Translations under genes and position numbers: made by a program
NCBI GenBank assembly: GCA_050575255.1
Contig: JBNZDD010013681.1
Location: forward strand, 1,927,871 to 1,991,870
Direction: 5' to 3'
From: Harriotta raleighana
Lineage: Eukaryota
DNA: 64,000 nt
Notes under the pieces: generated by a model
Told to the model about the DNA's origin: nothing
Database searches by the model: none
Seen by the model: the letters and a program-made list of their open reading frames with translations, nothing else
Shown: one piece after another, positions 56,131 to 64,000 of the stretch
Numbering within the stretch: the stretch's first letter is position 1
Layout of the letters: each line of letters begins with the position of its first letter

Positions 56131-57532
56131 CAATAACATTAGACCTAATAAAATGACACACTTTTGGGCTTTACACTTTAGCCACCACATTCTTCAGTCA
56201 GTGATTGGTTTTATATCATCATTAAAAAAACGGAACCACTCCAAACTTAAACCTGAACATCCAAGAAAGCATAACTTTTACTCAGCTACCATTTTCACCT
56301 CTCCCACTCATTTCTTCCTTTTATGACACCTTTCTCCTTAAAATATGATTCCTCAGGTGTCTTCCAGCACTTCATCCAAAGTAGTCATTATTTTTATGCA
56401 AACCGTAAAAAAGAATGTGTTGGCAGAGTATTTGCAGTACGTACCTTAATGCATGCCTTTAATTTGTCCAATTTCAATGTAACTGGCTATTCGGAATATA
56501 TTTTGTCATGTTGGAATGAAATTGCAGCTCTCTAAGTGTGTTCTCACATCTGCACTCCGGATCCTGCTTCTTATATATCCCTATTAGTAAATGCTACACA
56601 TAGACAACTCTTGGGGTGGTCGCCTGCCAAAGTAATTCATATTTTCACAGCATGACGGGGAACAGTTCCAGTATTCTTATTCCTCTGTAAATAATTTTAC
56701 CCTTTTTATGTTTTTTTTTAAGTATCACAGTTCAGTTTACTGCTTAGTTTAATAACCACAGGGTGTTTTCTCCAAACTGACCTTTTTGTTACCGTGTCTA
56801 ATTATATGAACTGACCAAGAATCCGATTGCAAACTAGGAGGAACGGGAAGATTTCTTAGCCTGCTCTGAATGATAAACTTTCATTAGCTTTTATCTACAC
56901 AGTTTGTACAACCCTTTTCTCCCCTCACCTCAAGAGGTAGTGATTTGCGCTGGGAAATAGTACTCTACGGCAACAACAAATTACATTTGCATAGAGTCTT
57001 TTACTTCAGGGAGGATGTCCTCGAACAAGCAATTATTATTTTTCCATCCATGGGCCCAAAAAATGTCAGTAGGTTATTCACATTATCTTTTCAATCAACT
57101 TTATTAAAATGCCTTCCTACTTGGGAAAAAAAAACCTTAATATTTTTTCTTTCATTTTGCAATTCTCATCATTAATTTTAAAGGCTAGATTATGGGTATG
57201 ATCTACAATAGAAAGCAACCAAAGAGGTTTCACAATGTATGAAAGAACCAAAAAATGTTAATCTATGATGCTTAATGCACATCGGGTAAGGGCACATCAG
57301 GCCCAATTGTGACCTTCACCATTGTTGAAAAGGCTACTTATAATGACTGTCGAGGCTCACATATGAAAAATGGTGACTTGAACAATACAATTTACATTCA
57401 TGACAATCCTGGAGGTACACCTGAGCAGGGGATGGGCACTGAGGAGGGTAAGGAGTGGAAAGATGACCGAGAGGGCAGACAAACAGGTAAGTTTTGAATG
57501 AGGTGAGAGAGAGAGCAAGTCTATATACTGTT

Positions 57533-57743
57533 CAGGCAGTCCTCAAGTTACGTCAGGGTTAGGTTCCTAAAATGTGGTGTAAGTCGAGTCACCCCCCTAT
57601 AATGCTTATAGTAACATACAGTGATTGGTTGTAGTGTCGTAACTTCGAGACTTTGGATGTAACTCGGACGTAATTTTACCGATATTAAGCATCGCAACTT
57701 CGAATTGTCGTACCTCGGAACGTCGTAACTTGGGGACTGCCTG
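57533..57743. mobile_element. Tigger/pogo-like MITE (211 bp)
   Basis: 20-bp TIR CAGGCAGTCCTCAAGTTACG ... CGTAACTTGGGGACTGCCTG (one mismatch), followed by TA. Internal (C)GTAACT repeats. Confidence 0.85.
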
Positions 57744-59430
57744 TATATAAAATTGGGTTATATAACTGCAAATGTCACAATCTTCTAAGCCAAAAAACAG
57801 ACGGGGAACCAACATGCACCCTGTGAGTTTTAAACCTCAACCTGCCACTATGATTTACCACTACAATTTGGCAAACTGTTCAAAGAACGAGAAGTACAGA
57901 CTGACACTCCAGGAAGCTTCGTGGTACTTTTTTCTTCCACATTTTAGATAAATGTCATCTGACAAGACTTTCAAGTAACCATAATAAGAACAAACACATA
58001 CATTAAAGGGTGTTTCACCGTGAGTACCGTTTTTGAAACCAACTGTTGAAAATAATTATTTATAGTATTTCGCCACCATATATGCAGTCAATTCACTTTA
58101 CAGTATGTTCTGTGAAGCTCTTTGAGATGTCTAGAAGACATCAAATGTAAGGATTATTATATAGTATCTTTTTATTACTACTGTAGATCAGTTGGTTTGC
58201 AAATATTCACATTGGGGTGAACTTTGCAGTGTTCCATAATTTTTTTAATGCAAAGATGGTGTTATTACAATCTACATATTTCACCAAATTTTTTGGTATT
58301 GTAAAGGTAAGCTTGGAGCCCAGTATGATCCCAATACACATTCTGGGATGCCAAGCTTTGGCTCTTGTCATCCTACGCCTAATAATTTCTACAATTAGGT
58401 AAGCAAGATGCATTCCTCCAGGAAGAGAGTGTGCATTCTATTCAAATAAATATCTCTGGAATTTCATTAGTGGGGTGTGTGGAACTCTCAAATTGGTTTG
58501 GATAATCTTAATGGCGATGAGTTTCCACACGGGTGACAGAAAAAAATTCTTATGTATGATGCCCTTAAAATTTTCCGAGACACTACACCTCATCTAGGTC
58601 GCTTTATAAATCCAAACTGTTTTTGTAGTATGATCTACAAAATACTCATTTAATTAATCCTGTGGAGAACCAACAATTCAACAAGCATGCAATTTTTAAC
58701 TCATGTGTTAATTTAATTCAGGAGTTAAATTCAGTAACTCCTTTCGGTTTGCCTTTAGAATAATGATGGTGAATTATCCCCTTTAAGTGCTTTGAGAGAA
58801 TCTTTTACATGGTAGATACTATGTAAAAGCAGGTTGTTGCTTAATAAGCAATCACCAGCAAATATACAGTCAATTCACTTTACAGTATATTCTGTGAAAT
58901 GCTTTGAGACGTCTAGAAGACGTGAAAAGCGCTATATCAAATGCAAAGCTTATTATTATTATCTACATATTTGAAATTTCCACACAAGCATTTGTCCAGA
59001 GCAATTTTGAGATTTTAGTAATCACCAAAGAGGGGATGAAGAAGATGAGTTCAACCCATTTCATTCCATTTTTCAAGAAAAATCTCTCCAATCTTTATCC
59101 TATTACAGCAGCAAGGTGGTGTTCCATTGTTCTGGTCTCTAGCACCATGTCTGGTAACTTGGTCTAGCTGTTCATAAACCTCCATGTTAAATAAATGTTA
59201 ACCTTTTCTCGACTCGCCTCCTCTCCTGAAGGAGTGACCAATTCGGAGGAACAATTCATACATTCTCTGGTAGCTAAACCTACTGGCCATTCTTGATAAA
59301 TGAGCCTAGAAAACAAATTATTCGATGATTATGGCATTGCGGCGGCCAAGCACAATCTTACCCTCACTTGACATTCACTAATGCACATTTTTCAGGAGGG
59401 AGAGGGTCACTGAACAACAACTTACATTTA

Positions 59431-60494
59431 CAGTAAAACCTTGTTTATCCGTGACCCGATCAACCGGATTGCTCGACCCCCTCCCGGGGCTCGACCCCCT
59501 CCCATTCCAACAATCACGAGTTTGCTCATTTTGCATATGCGTGCAATGCGTGTGCATGCGCACTTATTAAACTTACGAATTTGGGTTTTTTACCGATTGG
59601 TAAAAATACTTTTTTACCGATCTTTTTCCCGACTGATCTTTTTCCCAATGCTTTATTGGTAAATATCCGTACAATGTTCTATTACTATTTAGCCTATTAT
59701 TAACATGGTATGTTTTAAAATAAGTTAATTTTTTATGTTGGGTTTTCGGCAACATGTCCCCCTTTTATCCGGGAAAATTAAATTAGTCGACCCCCCCACA
59801 CCCCCTCCCCACCCTGGGCGTGCCAGATAAACAACAACAACAACAACAACAAAATCAAAATTACACTTATAGAGCGCGTTTCACGTCAGGAGGACGTCCC
59901 AAGGCGCTGGACAGATTGGTTCAGGACCCGAGCAAGGGAAAATGTTCAGGGCGAGGGGGGGGAAGGGTAGGAGCAAGGAGGGGGTAGAGAGTCGAGAGGG
60001 GAGTTGAAGGCACGGTCGAAGAGAAAGGTCTTGAGACCGGCCTTGAAAGAGGAAAGGGAGGGAGCGAGGCGAAGGCACAGGGGGATGGAGTTCCAGAGCC
60101 TGGGGGCTGAGCGGCTGAAAGCCCGGCCGCCGATGGTAGGACGGTTAGGGCAAGGGCTGTGGAGCAGACCAGTGCCAGAGGAACGGAGGGTACGGGCAGG
60201 TAGATGGGGAGATAGTAGGTCGGAGAGGTAGGAGGGAGCAAGGCTGTGAATGGCCTTGTAGGTGAGGATGAGGATCTTGAATTCGATCCTCTGGGGGATG
60301 GGGAGCCAGTGGAGACGGGCGAGGGTGGGAGTGATGTGGTCTCGAAGCCTGGGGCGGGAGAGAACACGAGCTGCAGAGTTCTGGATGACCTGCAGCTTGT
60401 GGATGGAGGAGCCGGGAAGGCCTACAAGGAGAGAGTTCCCATAGTCCAGTCTTGAGGTGATGAAGGCGTGGACTAGTGTTTCAGAGTTTTACTG
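59431..60494 (+). mobile_element. MITE (subfamily B) whose right TIR is split by an L2 insertion
   Basis: TA-CAGTAAAACCTTGTTTATCCG at left. Right TIR GCCAGATAAACAA breaks at about 59834 and resumes as GTTTTACTG at 60486-60494. Confidence 0.85.
59832..60483 (-). mobile_element. Young 5'-truncated L2-clade LINE (ORF2 C-terminus, 3' UTR, (TTG)n tail)
   Basis: Stop-free frame [23 protein letters not shown]...[12 protein letters not shown]...[21 protein letters not shown]...[17 protein letters not shown]...[10 protein letters not shown]. It has no ATG, so the ORF track misses it. Confidence 0.95.
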
Positions 60495-61656
60495 TCTAAA
60501 GTGCCTTTCACATGGGGAGTGCTGCAAGCTGCTTAATACTAAACCTTGCATTTAATGTAGCACCTTATCAAGTCATTGAGACATCTCAAACCACTTCATA
60601 AAATGTGCTGTAAAGTTAATTTGACTATGTATTTTGTGGGCAAAATCCGGCAGCAATTTGCGCACAGCAGTGTCCCACAAACAGCTCTAACCAATACATC
60701 AGAGGACTCTACAGAACAGCAATCAAGAGCAGGAACCCTGGCTGACTTCTTCCTTTCTATCCTATAGACATGACGAGACCATCTGTAGCTCCCCAACCAT
60801 TGGTTGAGATCGTTAGTTCAGCAGAGTTCAGGTGCCAAACCTGGAACCATCCTGATCTATATGGCCCAAGACCTCACAAAGTATTTATCCTGGGATTCTT
60901 TTTTAAATATGAAAAGCAGAATTACATTGTTCAGCCATTTTCCATTCCATGTTAAATCAGATTCCCTGTTGGGATTTGGAAAAGCATCCAAGTCATGCGC
61001 GGATGAAAATAATCTTGACACAAGGATCCTTTGCTTTCCATAGAAAATTAAGATATAAATGAACTCTGCCAAACCAGAGATTATAAAACTTTACATCATT
61101 GGATCAATTATAGTTCACACTACATCTCACATAATTCCTAATATACATATTGTGGTAAAATATTTACAATTTTCCCATTACTATTATTGAAACTTTATGA
61201 AGGAAGTAATGTCAAAACTCCTGCTGCATTTCCAGACATTATACAAAAATGTGTGTGTAATGACCCTAGTGAACATCAGCCAAGTCAGATTGCCTGCCAA
61301 ACAAAAAGAAACACTAATAAGCATTCTTGTAATATTTGATCCAGATTTAACAGCGTTATGGTACTTGCGTTCTGCATCCTATTATAATTGTAACAACATG
61401 GCTTTGTGTCTCAAAGCTTAACATGAAATCAAATTCATTTACACTCTTTCTTTTCTACGCTGTGATCACCCAAAACAGACAGAAGTGGCACGCAAATGCC
61501 AGCCAGCACCATCCATTGGTTTTCACTGATCCACTGGGTTTACTGTCCAAACACAGAAAATGTTTTGCCATAGAGCTGACAGACTGGCTCCTGTTACCAT
61601 TTCTCTGCTTAGTTTTACAGGAAACCTCTGGTGAACTCTGGCCTTGACCAGCACTA

Positions 61657-61669
61657 AGGTCACAGGTCA
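61657..61669 (+). promoter_or_regulatory. Consensus nuclear-receptor DR1 motif (function untested)
   Basis: AGGTCA-C-AGGTCA, an exact direct repeat with a 1-nt spacer, in apparently non-repetitive intron sequence. Confidence 0.3.
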
Positions 61670-62153
61670 GTTAACAAACACAGAAGCTTAAAACTGAGTC
61701 CAGCGAAAGCCTTTAACTGTACCAACAACTGCCTCCGAAACTGCAATTCAGCTATGTGAAAACTGGGAGAGACAGTGACATGCAATGATTCGTTAGTCTA
61801 ATTAAGTGAATTGCACATTATCGATTTAAGTGATGGAGAGTGAGTGCATTGATCACAGCTGGTCAAACATTCCCGTGATGCTTTTAAAGAATAGAAGGGC
61901 ATGCTTTGTTGTTTACAATAGCCTATGACCTTTTCAATGTCAGACATTTTAAAGCATGTATTCTATAACCTACCGCACTCAAAGCATAGACCACTTTGTT
62001 ACCAAATTCAATCAGCAATGCGCATACAAGCTTCACAATAACCTTAAAAACTCTTTGGATGTGCAAATATAACCCAATGCAGGGTCATGGTCAGAAAACT
62101 AAAGGGAGAACGGGGAGATGGGATAAGTGGATAATCAAAGGGAGCCAAGAAGG

Positions 62154-62296
62154 GATACATTATAAGCAATTATATTTCTCAGTTAAGAATATTAATTACA
62201 TTTTATGTAATTATACTTCTCAGGAATAGATACATTATGTGTAATTATACTCCTCAGTTAGGAATAAATACATTTATGTAATTATGCTTTTCAGAA
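62154..62296. repeat. Short AT-rich tandem repeat (about four units of 33-41 bp)
   Basis: Repeated TACATT(A/T)...AATTAT...CTCAG...GAATA unit. Confidence 0.7.
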
Positions 62297-63344
62297 TAAT
62301 ATGTGCACTTAATATAATGTCTTATCGTATTGAAACGTCTCAAAGAGGCTTCACACAAAGAGTTGCATTATTTGGGCAAACCCAGTATCATTCCACAAAG
62401 CAGCAATGATACGATTAGCCTTCTGGTTTACAATTTATTGACTTCAAATGAGCGAAGACCATTATCCAGATCAGTTGGATAATCGCTGCTCTTCTCCCCA
62501 AAAGGTTCCTTAACTTCCACTTGAACCATCAGAACTGGTGGATATGGCGTTGGTTTAATGACTCCTCTCACAACACCTCTTGGCAACATAAAGTGCTCTC
62601 TTCGTGCTTCCCTGGAGTACCAGCCTGTATACTTCTCCACAAGTCATTCTCCATTAATGGTTGTGGAGGCCGGGAGTGGGGAACAGAAAAATCGACTACA
62701 GCTACACTAATAATAATCCTTGCATTTGATATAGATTTCTTCTAGATGTCTCAAACCGCTTCACAGAATAGACTGTGAGGTTGGGAGGGATGATTAAAAT
62801 CTCTTCAGACCCAGGTATTCTCATGGTCCACATTCAAGCACTACTAATAGAAATGTAAAAATGTCTTGTCCATGCAGAGGCAATGTATTTCCCAGATATA
62901 TCAGGACAACTTGAGAGTCAGTGGACCTTCCTGCCACAGACAAAGATAATGGATTGTGCAACTAGGCATGAATAGGCTTCACAGTTTAGTGGGATACATA
63001 TTTGATTCTGTCTTACCTCACACTATCGAGTTCTTGATTCTAGCCTTGATACTGTGCAGAGATTCTAAGCCAAGAGAAGAGCTCTCGGGAAATTAAATTG
63101 TTGGGAGTAATCTCTGGTTCACTGTAATGCACTTCTCTATGGTTGTTTCAGAACATCATTGGAAATCCAAGGACCATGTAAAAATTTTGAGTTGTAACTT
63201 ATGATATCTTCCAATTCCTTTTTGTGTTCAGCTTGTAAAAACCCTCACCCATAAGCTATTCATTGCATTATATTGTGCTAGGTAGGATTGGGCAAACGTT
63301 CTTATACAAATGAAACAGGTGGCATATAACCTATAGTAATTTGC

Positions 63345-63525
63345 AAATCAATCAATCAAAATTTTATTTATATAGCGCCTTTCACGTCGGGAGGACGTCC
63401 CAAAGCGCTGTACAGCCAAGTAGGGGGGGAGGGCTCAGGAAAAGGAGTAGGAAAAATTGACTGTATATTTGTGGGCGAAACGCGGCAGCCAAATTGCGCA
63501 CAGCAGTGTCCCACAAACACACACA
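63345..63525 (-). mobile_element. Deu-core SINE-like element with L2-type tail
   Basis: Reverse complement: TGTTTGTGGGACACTGCTGTGCGCAATTTGGCTGCCGCGTTTCGCCCACA ... CGCTTTGGGACGTCCTCCCGACGTGAAAGGCGCTATAT + (GATT)n. CpGs are retained. Confidence 0.85.
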
Positions 63526-64000
63526 GAAATGGGGGAAAAAATGGCTAGGGGGAGAAATGGAGGGAAAAGCGGGGTGGGGTAAAATCAGGGAAGAAAGAAA
63601 TGTTTTATGAAATGGATAACTTAAGCATTTCATGTATTTATTTTATGCTATGAATATCCATTGGCATAAACGGTTCAAAATTTCACCTGGTCCTAACCTG
63701 TAAACTTACTTTGTCTTAAAATGTAAGATTACCCCAAATGGTGGCAAATTCTTAATTTCAATCTTACTTCAAAAGTCAGTTCAAACATACAGTAGCTTTC
63801 AAATCAAGGCGGAATTGAATGCTTCTCTACATTTTGGGTGATCTTCCATTTTAAGGTTAATGGTCTTAAAGGCCATTACTTCTAAGTCGAATTTTAGTAT
63901 TTTTCATGGCATGAAGATGTCTCAATGTTCCGAACAGGTGACTTAGAACCCGAGCTGTGGGGGAAAAGTGGTGGGTGGGGAGGGTGAAGTTGACTGAACC

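Noticed and set aside
61595-61622. Plus-strand acceptor-like site (TTTCTCTGCTTAGTTTTACAG) suggesting an antisense exon
   Set aside because: No strong paired donor or coherent reading frame that I could support; such motifs are common by chance.

Overview
This is AT-rich vertebrate genomic DNA, not prokaryotic. The repeat content (Deu-domain SINEs, L2 and CR1 LINE ends) suggests a cartilaginous fish, possibly a chimaera; that is an inference. The whole window lies inside one minus-strand gene, ADAMTS6. Seven consecutive GT-AG coding exons (44+106+147+142+108+146+64 = 757 nt) splice into one open frame. It covers the end of the metalloprotease domain (HEIGHNFGMNHD), the disintegrin-like domain and the first TSR. 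The start and end of the gene are outside the window, and I found no exon in 39328-64000. Nearly all other ORFs in the track are spurious or repeat-derived. The introns hold tRNA-headed DeuSINEs, L2/CR1 fragments and several Tc1/mariner-pogo-type MITEs, some of them nested. Six single-N gaps each sit next to a direct duplication. One of these (2.34 kb) duplicates a coding exon and is most likely an assembly artefact. I see no convincing new biological system. The best second-look items are a decayed copy of a splice-donor region at the far end of its own intron, a three-layer nested insertion containing a frame-intact L2 fragment, a fold-back element, and a perfect DR1 site in unique intronic DNA.
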